64,000 nt of DNA, taken from positions 372,001 through 436,000 of the forward strand of contig OZ374557.1 of the NCBI GenBank assembly GCA_977862235.1, read 5' to 3'. Source of the DNA: Dudresnaya verticillata. Lineage: Eukaryota. Positions 1 to 11,764 of this stretch are shown in pieces; the first letter of the stretch is position 1, and each line of letters begins with the position of its first letter. The translations under genes were made by a program, and so were the position numbers. The notes beneath the pieces are model-generated. The model worked only from the letters and a program-made list of their open reading frames with translations, made no database searches and was not told where the DNA came from.

Positions 1-559
1 TACTGGAACAATTAACTCCAACTGCATCTCCCTCCGGGAAACGGGCATCATCAAACACGAAGATGAGCTCATTTTGTTAACTTCTGCTGAGGAGATCAAT
101 TGCATCAAGAACGTATTGATGTAAACGAAACAGAAAGCCTAGTTCTTGAAAGCACAACTGGGCGAAATCCAGATTCTCCTGGAAATCAGTGCCCTCATCG
201 AGACCCCTCCCCAATCGACAGAGCCGGATTGCGAGATACCACCGATGAAGTGGGTAGTGCCCATAAAAACACCCACCCCAAGACCCTCCTACCGGCCTCC
301 AAGGGTGTACTTCGATATGCTCAACGACAAGAATCAATTAGCCTGGAAAGGTGCCGTTTAGGTCGATGGAGACTTAGAAGCAGGAAAGTACTAGAACAAG
401 ACATTAGATCCATGGGTGTGCGACAAAATATTCGACCTCAAGCACTCCATGTAAGATTCATCTCTTTTGTATAGCCCGAAAATAAGCGCAGCCACATTGC
501 TCTGAACCAATTGCATACTCTCAATAATTAAAAGGTCTCAATAAGAAGAAGAAGAAAAA

Positions 560-1460
560 TAAAGTCGCAACACGTTTCAAATGCCGAGACAGGCAACGTC
601 CTCCGGCCGACTTCAATGGACTGGGTATACTACAGGATGGATAGCACGTTTTCGCATCCCAAACATCCTACCTTGAGATCATCATCGCTTCCAAGTAACT
701 CACAGTCTTAACGAAGCCCGAACTGCAGTGACCAATGACTGATGAAGATATTTACGTTCTACGATCAGTCACCGGAAAACTGGCATGGGTTGCCACTGGA
801 ACACCACTATTTTCCTCGTTTCATTCAAACGTTGACCGAGAGCGTAACTGTGGAAAGACAAGACCGCACCTCCAGCTTCTCGCCGACACGAAAACAGATT
901 TATCCGCCATCAATAACAGTGTATACGCAAGCGTGGAAATGGCCCGGTTCGATGAGACGTCCACACATATCCTTGTATACGCAGATGCCTTCTTCCAAAA
1001 CATTTCCACGAATCACTTGCAAATTGGTTCCTTATCAGTATATCATATCGCAACGATGTCTTCAACCCCATCCACTGGCAGAATTCACGTGCACCCTGAC
1101 GAACATACTCCCCGGAAGAGTCCAAGCTTATGTCATTAGATGCCGCACTTCGCTGAATCACAAACCTGCAAAATGTCATCTTCCAACTTGCCAGGGAGGT
1201 ACCCAATGTATTGTAAATCGAAAACCAGACTCTCTGGAAAATCCTCATGAATGAAACGGTTCCATCTATTCCCCATTGGGTACCGATTCCGTAAACCGAT
1301 TCACAACGGAGGAATCCATTCAGTATGCCTCATCTATGGTGGCACCAACCAGTCAGATTCAATGCCCAAGGCGAAACGAAACAAGACACTAGTCGCCGCT
1401 ATCTCCGAGAATCGCTGCCAAACACCAATTAAAAGAGTATTCATGCTTCAAGATTCCAGC
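560..1460 (+). pseudogene. Decayed Ty1/copia pol remnant (RT C-terminus / RNase H)
   Basis: Fragments FNGLGILQDG*HVFASQTSYLE, YVLRSVTGKLAWVATGT, HILVYADAFFQN..LQIG and GGTNQSDSMPK resemble copia RT/RNase H motifs in the expected order; many stops and frameshifts. 1-480 may be integrase C-terminal remnant (AWKGAV). Confidence 0.65.
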
Positions 1461-1504
1461 ATCTAGCCACCCCGTGGATTCCAATAACTGTTCCCATACC
1501 CCGA

Positions 1505-1876
1505 GCGTCGGAGAATGGTTTTCAAGCCAGCAGAAACCACAGAACGGCACAACAGCTGTCCTAAAAGAGCAATCCTAACCGCGTGGGTGGTAGATCGGCA
1601 AAAGGGGGAGGTAAAGACTTGAGAGGTCTTAAAGCCGTAACAATGGAAAGAGGTAAAGGCTAACCGCACTGTTTAGAGCATTTGCGGCAGGTATCACGGC
1701 TTGGAGACGCCAAAGGGACGGTATGATGCGGTGGCACCGCAGATAGTTCCAAAGAGGGAGAAGCACAAGGCACACACCGCTGCCCGTCTAGTCCGGGGCC
1801 CCTGCTACTCAGGGGCCTATTAAATACGGCGGGAGCCGGAAAGGTACTACCCGCTCACTTGGAGCTATAATGCTAA
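1505..1876 (-). mobile_element. Inverted, diverged LTR fragment of the element-A LTR family
   Basis: Reverse complement contains ttagcattatagctc...ctttccggctcccgccgtatttaataggcccctgagta...acgggcagcggtgt...ggacagctgt...ctggcttgaaaaccattct, collinear with LTR A at 14031-14393 and 25540-25905. No PBS follows it. Confidence 0.85.
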
Positions 1877-4744
1877 ATACGGTGGCGCAAAGCGTCCGAG
1901 TGACGCATACACCTTTGGGCAGTTCGGGTCCAGGGGTAGTGTCTCAGAGACGGTGTGTGAAACCTGATTTCCAATGTTTGAGACTTTTTTGTTCCTCACA
2001 GAATTTTTCAGACCATATGTTTGTTTCATGCGTTGGAAAGGGAAGAGTGGGGTGCATTTAGTGCTGAAACCCGTTTTTTAAACAAACGCTTAATTCGGGC
2101 GTTATAGCAGTTTCCCTGCTTTTTGTGTAGCGGCCGAAACCTTCGCGAAACTTTCCAACTTTCGGAATTTCTGAAACAAATTTGAATCCAAAACTTCCAA
2201 TGGCCCTTGCCCTGCCCTGGGCCACCCCTTTCCTTCATCAAAATCCTTCCCAGAAATTGCCTTGGCCCACGCCCGCCCCACTCTCGCGCCGCGTCCAGGA
2301 CCGCGTATGCTCTGCGCCTGCACATTGGCCTGGGGATGCTCGCGCACCACGCCCCGGGCGGTCGCCACAGTGCTTAGGCACTATCCTGACCGCTCCCATT
2401 CCGCACCAATGGGCCGTTCGCGCTGCGCCCTGGCAATTCCTGCCCGTTCGCGCCCCGTGTCCAGACCCGTCAGTACTGTGCCAGGCACTTCCCTGCCGCC
2501 CTACCATGCCACCAGGGCCGCGTGCGCTGCTGCGCCCAGATATTATCGTGGCCCTAATTGCGCACCACGCCCATGGCGCCCCTACTACGCCCAAGCACTG
2601 TGGTGCCGCTTCAACCCCGCTCCAGGGCCGCTTGCGCTGCTGCACTCGGAAATTACCTTGGCCACGATTGCTCACCACCACGTCCATCCATTGCTCCCCC
2701 TACTGTGGCCAGGCACTTTCCTAACCGTTTCCGTGCCGCCCCTGGGGCCTTTCACTACTTTGCTCATACAATTTCCTGACCATTCGCGCACCGCGCCCAG
2801 GTCCGAGTTCGCCACTGTATATTTGCCACAGTACCAGTCTCGGGCCACCCAATACATAGTTTTTCGGCATTCGCGTCATGCTGCACACACCCTCTTACAG
2901 TCCTACGTCCGTTCCCAACCAAAATCCTGTTTCCACATCACCAAATGGTACTTTCAGTATCTATGACTACCAGAGATGCTCAACTGTTCCGTTTTTCTCC
3001 GGCCAGACAGGTAGGCACCAGGACTCTACGGGATGATTAGCACGGAAACCCCCTTTATGGTTTCGTCCTGCATCGTCTCCTGCGTCCGGGACTTCTTTTC
3101 CCTGCGGTACATACTAATCACAGACCAAATTATGTAACGAAACTGGCTCGGTTCTTGGGTCTGCTACCGCTGTCACCCATCGCTCCCCTGGATATTCGTA
3201 AGGACTGTGCTACGCATTCTGCGGTGTAAACGTATCCCCGCCACACCTTTTCACGGACTCAGTGGCTGCGTTTGTATTGCAGATGGGAAGATCTCGAAGG
3301 GCTGCGTTTTACAACCGTCTACTTGCTTTTCCATCTCCTTCCTTCCCTCTCGATACTCAAGAACATCGGTACCCGCGCATCGCACATAATGGGCGGTCCG
3401 AGACGTCCTGTTCCCGTGCAGCTAAGGTATCTCCTCACATTCAGGACTGTCCCTGCTGATCTCTCACGAAGTGATCTACAGGGGATGAGGTACCCATTCG
3501 GCGCACCGGAACATTGCTATCCCTCTCTATCCGCTGGTAGTTGCTTGCAGTCGTCATAACGCCAATTCAGGAGTTCTAAAGTTTGATCAGTTCCTGCTTC
3601 TGCTCACAGCAACCATATCGGCGCGGAACAGTGTTGGTCAAGCGCCGCTCTCCGCAGAAAGCATCGGGGCTCTTCATGAACACGCAGTGTGCTTCAAAAG
3701 GTCCGTAAGTGTTTTCTTCCTCCTCTGCTGATCGTCCCGGTACCAGCCCCTGCACTACAACTGCAATTACTCTGTGAAGTATCTTTCCCACACACCCTTG
3801 CAGGCCGTCAGATTCCCAATTACCCCATGTGCCCTATCATGGAACTCCCTAAACCGGAGCCGGTTGCGGTCAAGCAGACCCAGTTCCTTCATTCCCACTA
3901 CGGTAAGTCTCGCTTCAGAGCCATAACGATGGCTCCAATAACCTCCTTCTTCCTTCCCCACGCGCCTAATAGCCTCCTTCAAACTCTATCCTTCCCATCT
4001 ATAGGCATTCAAATCCAGTGGATCGTGCTCTGTGCCGTCCTTGAGCGATCCCCGAGTTGCCCTGTATACTGTCGCTGAAGGGCCACTGCTCCAAGATTCT
4101 TCATCCGTCTCACCAGTGACGAGTACCACTCCGGAAACGTTTCCTCCGGGTATAGCTTCTGTTGTTTTTGGAATGGCATTCGAATTGTTGACGTTTTCCA
4201 CAGGCGCCATTCCGTGCTTACCCGAAACAGAGCGATGGGACCTTCTGACACGGACCAGGAGGAGTGTTGTGGCTTCTAGTGCTTCAGACACAGCTTCACT
4301 ATACCATGTACAGTATATCTCACATCAAAACAAGCCATTGTTTCTGTAATTTACGTTTGTACGTCAAATGAAACCAAGTCCAATTTCCATGTTCGACAGA
4401 CGGCCGTGAACACGTCACCGCGTTCTGGTTGCCTTCCAATGAGGACTTAATCGTACTTCTTGAATAATTACCTTACAAATATTGCTTACTTACTCGTAGA
4501 TGCTAAGCAAGTTTTCGATTTCAGTCTGCGTATATATAATCGGGAGGCCCTTATTGTCCTTGTTGATGCAAGTGTTCTTCAGTGCATAGTGTTGCTTCAG
4601 CAACAGGCGGTACAACCGGTCTAAATGGAACACCTCTTCCCAGGGCCATAAAATGTCTCCGTAATGGCCGATTCCAGGACGAAGGCTGACTCTCCACAGT
4701 AACATCCATTCATCACGTATTTCAATTTCTGCCGTAGTAGTAAC

Positions 4745-5115
4745 AACACACTGAACGCAGAGTTTTAACTCTGTGTCGGTCCAGTCGCGACTCATTGTGG
4801 CACTTCAAGAAACAGAAACTGTCCCAAGCCTCGTCATCCTTGCACGCGGGTAGGACTATAACAGGCTCGTCAATCTTTTGGCCAGGCCAAACGAGTACTT
4901 TCCGATCCATTTCCACCTCTATATTTCTCTCCGTGACTCTTTCGAGTGTCTCCAGGCTTGCTTAGGCCTCATCTGATGCCAGAGGCTCCTGCCCGGCCAC
5001 TATACTTCCTCTAAATATAGTCTCCAGCTTTTATTGCTCGTCGTCCTCGCAGTGCTTCGAGTCCGAATCCAACTGTCCAACTACGGAGCCAACAAGGTAC
5101 TTGGCAACGCGTTCT
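4745..5115 (-). pseudogene. Degenerate copy 1 of an unknown repeated gene
   Basis: KYLVGSVVGQLDSDS...LETLERVTERNIEVEMDRKVLVWPGQKIDEPVIVL...FCFLKCHNESRLDRHRVKTLRSV (with stops) aligns with the + strand ORF starting at 11765; decayed coding-like sequence may continue towards ~3500. Confidence 0.7.
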
Positions 5116-5458
5116 CCCCATAGTAATGATTAGTCAGTGTACGAGGCCCCTCGAGGGCTTCGTACACGTAAAACATTTGTAGAAATAAACATCCGCCCGA
5201 CATCCGCCCGCCATTACCATCCCTTGCCGCCAAACCTATTTCTACGACAGTATAATCTCTTCCCTTCGATTCAGGTGATACTCCAAACGAACATTCTCAA
5301 GCTCCAGCGTTCCTTCTAGAACAAGATACTCCTCGTCCTCTCCTAGCATGCCCCTGCCTGGATGCTGTGACGGCGCTTGCAGTCTAGCTGTTCTCCAAGC
5401 TTTAAGATTTGTCGACGTGCCGCAAGTACCATCCTCTCATTGTGTAGCATTTGCTGAA

Positions 5459-6097
5459 CTAGAAAGTAGTGTTGTGTTGTTTGGATGTAGCCGAGTTTAA
5501 GTACAAAGTGTGGAAAATGCATGAGGAGGTATGCATAAACACCATCCCCGACGTGCTCCTGGAAATGCATAGCAAACTTCTTCTTTCTAGCCTGGATTGT
5601 AGAACGCGGATGATTAATACTTCCTCCTCTTCCTCGTGTCTTGGGAAAGAGCGGCGGCTATGTACACTGCTGCTCGCGGACTCGGCCATCCTCCTCCACC
5701 TCACTTCTTCCTCATCGCGTCGCACCACGCCGGTGGATGCGGCTGCCGCTTCTCGCTGCTGCTCACACGCACAATTGCGGATCTTCGTGACCGGTAAGAG
5801 ACTGTATATCTGGGATCGAAACCGTCCGAGCTCGCGCTCGAAAATGGCATTAGCCCTCTCTCCCTCCTTCAGTTTTTCATGTCTCCTGGTTTCCATGGCG
5901 TTTGGTGGTGGCGTTCTTATTGCTATTGTGTGTGTGTGTATTGGGAGACTGGGAGGTCGAGGTGGCATGGAAAGGGGCAGGCGTGGGGGTATCGGCGGAT
6001 ATCCATTCCCTTCCCCCTTTTTTGGCGCGCAATCATAATTCGGATGTTGCATGCTTCGCCCGCCAGAAAAGGAAAGGGGACCCGTATAATCCGTCAC
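5459..6097 (-). CDS. Hypothetical protein downstream of and co-oriented with the helicase
   Basis: 212-aa ORF, Pro-rich N-terminus and charged middle; no recognisable domain. Confidence 0.35.
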   Translation of the reverse strand: MTDYTGPLSFSGGRSMQHPNYDCAPKKGEGNGYPPIPPRLPLSMPPRPPSLPIHTHTIAIRTPPPNAMETRRHEKLKEGERANAIFERELGRFRSQIYSLLPVTKIRNCACEQQREAAAASTGVVRRDEEEVRWRRMAESASSSVHSRRSFPRHEEEEEVLIIRVLQSRLERRSLLCISRSTSGMVFMHTSSCIFHTLYLNSATSKQHNTTF

Positions 6098-6189
6098 GAG
6101 AGCATGGCTTTTTCAATTTATCGTGTATTTCTCATTGCGCCATAGAGTATATAGAGGATGCGCTCAGATGAGGTACGACTCGACTGACA

Positions 6190-8630
6190 TCACTCTTCTC
6201 TTATCTCATCGTACCTCTGTGCCCACCACGCAGTGCATCTCATTACATTTGGAACACCATCCCGATCTGACAGCAACCAAGCCCGAAACCAAAGATCCGT
6301 CTCCACCGTACTGCTTTCCGTCCTGTCTGCTGCTGCTGCTGCTGCAAGTTTCCTATAATACTCTTTTCTAGCCCTTTCAGAAAAGAGATCTTCGTGTTCC
6401 AGCATGGCGGTGCGAGACGGGGCGTGCTGCCACAAGGCCCAAGTGAGATCCCGGGCGGTGGCAAACTGACAGTCCCTGCCGTAGCCCCTTGGGGAATGGA
6501 CATTTTTCCCGTGACACTTGCCAATCCAACACGCAAAGCACCTTCCGGGGCTCCTGGATTCGATAGGACACCTCTTCACTGTGTGATTCTCGGAATGGCA
6601 ACGAAGACACGTTTGCCCGCCTCCAGCACAACGGGAGCTAGGACACAGTCTGGACGGCCGTAACATAACCTCCTCCCCAGAATGAACAATACACAGGATG
6701 CACAATGCCCGGAGTATGCGAACAACGCGTGTAAAGTCTGAAATAATGTGAGAGTCAAGGTCGTCGCTGGGTCGAGGCGGCATGAGAGGGGTGGGCCCTG
6801 AGAAACTTGGTGGCGCTTTCGCAATTACTCGTTGGGTGCCACCTGGTAGTACGCGGCTCCCCGTCCTGTGCTGCACGTCCCCCTTGGGAGGCCGCCCAAA
6901 GAGAAGCACGGGGAGGACGGGTGCAGAGGAGGAGCAGGAAGAGCCTCTGGCGGCTACAGCCGAGCTGTGTCCTGTGCTAGTGCTCGCAGCGGCGTTTTCC
7001 GTTGGTGCCGTCACGAAAGACACACTCTTCAGCTGACAAGAGGGCTTTGGAGACGCAGCAGCAGCACTGATGGTGATAGTCTTGTTCCTTTGCGGAGACA
7101 ACGACGGTGATGATGCAAACTGGTCACAAAAGTCGCAGTTTTGAGATTGCGGCTCCAGCAAGCAGAGACCGGGTTCTGCCCCATCCAAAAATGAATAAAG
7201 GGCGTTCTTGCGGCAACGAGACATATCAGAGGCCCACGCATGCGCTTGTCTGCATTCAAACAACCGCTTTTGATGCTCTGGCAGCGTTTCCTCATTGCTG
7301 TCCATATCCCGCCGACTGGATACCCTCTTGATTGCTTTTTCAGACTCAACCGGGCAGTAAACCCAGGTGAAGCTTGCCGGCTTCCCATCCCTACCAGCTC
7401 AACCACACTCCTGTGCATACTGTAAAAGACTCGGGCATCCCCCGGCATGAAATACAGCACGCACATCTGCTGTGTCCACGCCTGTACCAAATGCCGATGT
7501 ACAACACATGATGCGCACTGTATTCTGCCTCCCCGCAGCAGTCTCCCGTTCCATGTTTACCCATCCCTTCTGTACCTCGTCGCGCTCCTCCGGACACATG
7601 TCGCCGTGGTAGCACTGTACGGATGGTGCCGACGATTTCTTCTCGACCAGGCCCTTGATGTGCTCATACATTTCTCTCGTTCCTTGCTTTGTCGGGTTGA
7701 AGACAAGAATCGCCCCACCACCACTGCCAGATTTTCCAGACCGCAATTGTAGCACAGTGCGGAGCACGAGAGCTGCACTGGTAGACCGCAACAAGTCTAC
7801 GTGACCGGCGAATTGTCCAGACGGTCTTTTACCTCCAACACAGGCAACATTCTTCGTGCTAGTGCCCTTGACGCGGTACACGGCGAACCGTAGATTCTTC
7901 CGCACCGTTGGCATCGCCCGAACAGTTGCAGAGCTCATACCGTGAAGAACACTGGTTTCCTCGTATGCTGACGGGGGAATTGTTGCGCTCAGTAGGACTC
8001 GGGAGACGTTTCGGGGCAGGGTTTGCAGTGCATATTTCACAAGCCGCAGACCTTCCCTGAAGGTCCACATGGACGTAAGATGGGCTTCATCAACCACAAT
8101 ACGTCGCAACCGACCCTCATTCTGGAGCCTCCGTGCGAGGCTCTCAAATTCGGGGTTCATCACGTGCTCACAGGAGAACACGTAGAGCTGCATGGACGGG
8201 CTGCCGTTGTGCTGTTCCCATCCGGCGGCACGGATGTTCATTCGCCGGCAAGCGTCCAGATGCTGCGACACGAGAGCCCGTAGAGGGACCAACATGATGC
8301 TGCAACGCTCGCATCCTTCCATAAGGACCGGCAGAAGAGTGTAGAGCGTCTTACCAGCGCCCGTCGGCATGACAAGAATGAGATTGTCATTTTCGCCGCA
8401 GGTATGAATATCGGCGACTGCGGCCAACTGCGCATTCGACTTGAAACAGGCGGCTGGGTCTTTGAACATCTCACGGAGGCTGGGCAGGTACTTTTGAATG
8501 TCCTCCTCGCTGTTTCGGGGTCGGGCCTTGGAAAAGTGTGACCCCCAAATCGTAGGCGTCGGCTGTTGATAGGTAATAGAGACATTTCCAGCCCCCTCCT
8601 CCTCCGATTGATGTAACCCGACAACATGAC
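6190..8630 (-). pseudogene. RecQ-family SF2 helicase with Zn-binding domain and Cys/His-rich C-terminus; one premature stop
   Basis: Motifs MPTGAGKT (I), LVPLRALV (Ia), IVVDEAH (II), LSAT (III), CYHGDM, CTSAFGTGVD (V), QECG*AGRDG (VI; TGA at 7399-7401 where Arg is expected). Same frame continues into ORF 6190-7305 with CRKNALYSFLDG..C......CDFCD and later CLRCHSENHTVKRC, CFACW. True 5' end uncertain. Confidence 0.9.
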
Positions 8631-8679
8631 CTGCCGTTTTCGCCTTCTTCCCTCCACTTTTCCTCCCTTTCAAATCGCC

Positions 8680-9765
8680 TACCAGCAGACGAGCCGTCGG
8701 ACGAAGAAGAACAAGTCGGGCCTGGACGGGGCAACTGTGTGGATGGAAGAAAGGCAACATATGTCCGAAGAGCAGCTTCCGGAATTTATAACTTTGTGCG
8801 CGAGATAGATGCTGACATACTCCTCTTCGAGGAGATCACACATCTTTACCGCGAAACGTTTGACGCTCTTCATGGCGTCTGCCAACAAGAACTGGCGAAG
8901 GCATTTAATGTGCGCGCCGAGAATGACGCTGTCCTGCGGATGCCACGAAAGCGCAAACTTGGTACTGTAGAAATGTTATTCATGTTCTTCGACATTCTAG
9001 GCGGTGCGAACGAGGGAAGTCAAAGGCTGGAACACGTCGCTCTGAAGTATGGGCTTTCTGTCGGCTCCATATCGAACTAATTCCGACATGTGCTCGTCAG
9101 ACTGCACAAAGCTTTGGACGACCTGTCCCCGGCGCTGATTAGATGGCCGGGACACGAAGAGAGAAAGGATATGGAAGGGCTTGTGATAGGGTTTCCGTCC
9201 TGTGTGTTCTTCGTGGACGGAAACAAAAAACAAGAGGTGGAGACCGTAGGACGCAGCGGCACAGGAACGAGCGTACGATGGGTATAAGAAGGCACACTGT
9301 TTCTCTATTCTCGTCTTTTGCGATCTCTTTGGTCGCTTCATACGCGTTGAGGTCACCAACAAGGGTGCGGAGTCTGACCGCACACTCTACACGGAGTCGG
9401 ATGTGTACCAGAACCGAGAGAGCTACTTGACTGGTGCACAGCACGGCATGGCAGACATGGCGTTTTCAGGCGACGGGGATATCGTTGTGCCGTATAAGCG
9501 CAACGAAAGCACATCCTGGATGTACCGCGTGGCACATAATCGCGATATAAGGAAGCAACGCATGATGAACGAATGGGGGATTGGCTTTATAAACAACAGA
9601 CATAGATTGTTCCTGGGGCGCTGGGCATTTGAGGACGAGCTATTCCCTCTAGCGTACCAGACCTCCTGCATGGTAGCCAACTGGGTATTTGACGCTCGCG
9701 GGTATTCACTGCAGCCTCGATCACGCTACGAAGCGAAACTAGAAAGGACTGCGCTGTCGAATTAA
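8680..9765 (+). pseudogene. PIF/Harbinger-type (DDE_Tnp_4-like) transposase, disrupted
   Basis: HTH-like EHVALKYGLSVGSISN*FRHVL, IRWP, CVFFVDG(T)K..RWRP*D...QERAYDGYKKAH (after removing one extra A near 9221), GAESD, GMADMAF, VVPYK, HNRDIRKQRMMNEWGIGFINNRHRLF. Stops at 9078 and 9247. Confidence 0.88.
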
Positions 9766-9822
9766 AGTAAATGCCTCGTTTCTTGTTCGCCCGAGCGGCG
9801 CGGGAAGCGCGCGGCTCGGGCT

Positions 9823-10922
9823 TCAAATGTCTGAACTAGCCTGTTCCGGTTCAGAGCCATCATCCGCAACGACAACATCTGCAGCGCCATCTGCAGCAGG
9901 AGCACTGTTACGGCGGCGGGTTCGGCAGGCATGCGAGCGAGGGGCGAGGAGATCGGCATCCAACGTAAGCGGGCCAACACGCGGACCTGTCGGCATTGCG
10001 GTAGTTGGAACAGGGACGGACAGCTTGTTCTTCTGTGCGTATAGAGCCAGAAAGGAGCCAAACTGTTCGCATTGTCGAGCTGCGATATCGGCACTAGCGG
10101 ATGCGGCGTTAGCGCACATGGTCTTTGTGGCCAAGAGGTGGCGCTCGGCAGCATGGTGCTCGTCGTCTCGCTTCTTCTTTGCATCTTCCTTCTTCTGTTT
10201 CTCCGCCTCGTACGCTTTTTCCTCTTCTGCAACCTTTCTGCCTTCTCCTTGCGGGATTCCTGGCGACTTGCCAGCATCTTTGCAGATCCATCTGCAGATG
10301 TAGAGATGCGCTTCGCGGCCTTGGCCTTATACAGGAGGAGAACCTGGTCTAAAACGTTCTGGGCGTCACCTTCCTTACCACCAGGCCTAACCGCCACAAA
10401 GTCTATCTCGTCGTCCTCACCAGCACTTCCATCCTCGTCCACCTTCTCTGCAACGATGACCTGTATAGCTTGCTTCAAGGCTATAGAAGCGATGTAGAGG
10501 ACGTTGTTTGGTTTGGTCGTAGCCATGTAGTCCCGCCTCCATGACATACCACAGGATTGCTGCTCTTGAACAATTAATGCATCGTTGACGTGACCCGAGC
10601 GAGCCATTGTTGCAACCTGTGCGCACGTGGCCTCACGCGTTCTCCCTTTTTGTACAGGAGCGCCTAAGACGGCCAGCTGCGTGAGAAGCCAAGCGCGTTC
10701 GACTTTGTTGGGAACGAAGCGAGACTCGCGCGATGAAGAGGGTATCGCCGACGGAGTGGTGACGCTTGATTGCGCTGCAGACGGAACTGCAGATGAATGG
10801 CGAGAAGAAGGCGATTCAAGGGAGTTAGGGGTGGGCGGAGGGGCTGCGTGTGTAGGAGGGGAAGCAGGGGGAGGTGATGCGGATGGAGACTTGATGCCCG
10901 AGGAAGGCGACTCGGAAGTCAT
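9823..10922 (-). pseudogene. Second ORF convergent on the transposase; candidate Harbinger accessory DNA-binding protein
   Basis: Starts MTSESPSS (Ser/Pro-rich), globular segment RFVPNKVERAWLLTQL..., then after a frameshift near 10236 a coiled coil (EEEKAYEAEKQKKEDAKKKRDDEHH...) running into ORF 9823-10134. Position fits Harbinger ORF2; a Myb/SANT fold is not confirmed. Confidence 0.55.
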
Positions 10923-11764
10923 GATGGCGGGAGATAGCGGAGGAGGCAGAAGGGAGGGAAGCCTCTCGGCGGATCTGAACAGTCGAGAAAGATAGTGTGC
11001 TCCGGCTGGGTCGCACCGACGAAAACAGTCGTTTTCGAGACAAACGCAAAATAGCATACATTTTAACTGATGTGAGCGTTCCTAATTAAAACGATGTCTG
11101 GTGCAATGGACTAAATATGCCTGTGTTTAGTGTCATTTTCTGTTAATTAAAAACGGCTAATGGATCCTTGTACCCCAGGTGAGATCAACTCATACACCCA
11201 AGTCTAATTGACTAAGCAAGGTAGCGAAGGACTGTACGGTGACGTGGCCCAGGTGCTGTGCTGTTGAGGAAGAAATCCTTTTTTAGGTGGAAAACATTTC
11301 AGTTCCAGTATTGAATGATAATTTCGAAGTCATCCCCAGCTACAAGTATGCTGAGTGCTGATAACAAGGCAATTCGGTAATTGATTCAGTGTTACAGTAC
11401 CCGAGAACGGCGTGACCATCAAAGCGCATTTCTCTCATCCGATGGATGGAAATATATATCCAAGCCCTAACGTATGTGTCTGTTTGTGTCCCATAATATC
11501 ACCTGCAAGCCGTTGTATGCTACATATTGTGACCGGAGTGGAAATGGAGAGAGGAGATCAGCTGTAGGCGGGCGGGCCAGAGAACAAGTATTTATCGTCC
11601 CTGTGATCCCCCTCCTGGGCAGAGAAATATCTGAACAGTGTCGAGTTCACGCAATGCGATGTGACGAATATCTGTGCGCGTGTTTTTGTGTGTCTACGGT
11701 GGACAATAGGTGAAGTATAACCAAGGATAGTTTTGCTTGCTATAACCAGGCGCTGTACTGTGCT

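Noticed and set aside
2102..2966. Overlapping 150-230 aa ORFs (also 24580-25041, 35903-36635, 39579-40622)
   Set aside because: GC-rich shadow frames with no recognisable motifs; the ORF track also uses non-ATG starts.
5927..6345. Short (TG)n and (CTG)n runs
   Set aside because: Too short; they encode HTHT and poly-Ala within minus-strand ORFs.
7399..7401. TGA recoding or alternative genetic code
   Set aside because: Nearby pseudogenes carry TAA, TAG and TGA stops and frameshifts at varied positions; a point mutation from Arg CGA is simpler.
11060..11230. Possible right TIR of the Harbinger-like unit near ggatcc
   Set aside because: No matching inverted copy found on the left side, so it cannot be supported.
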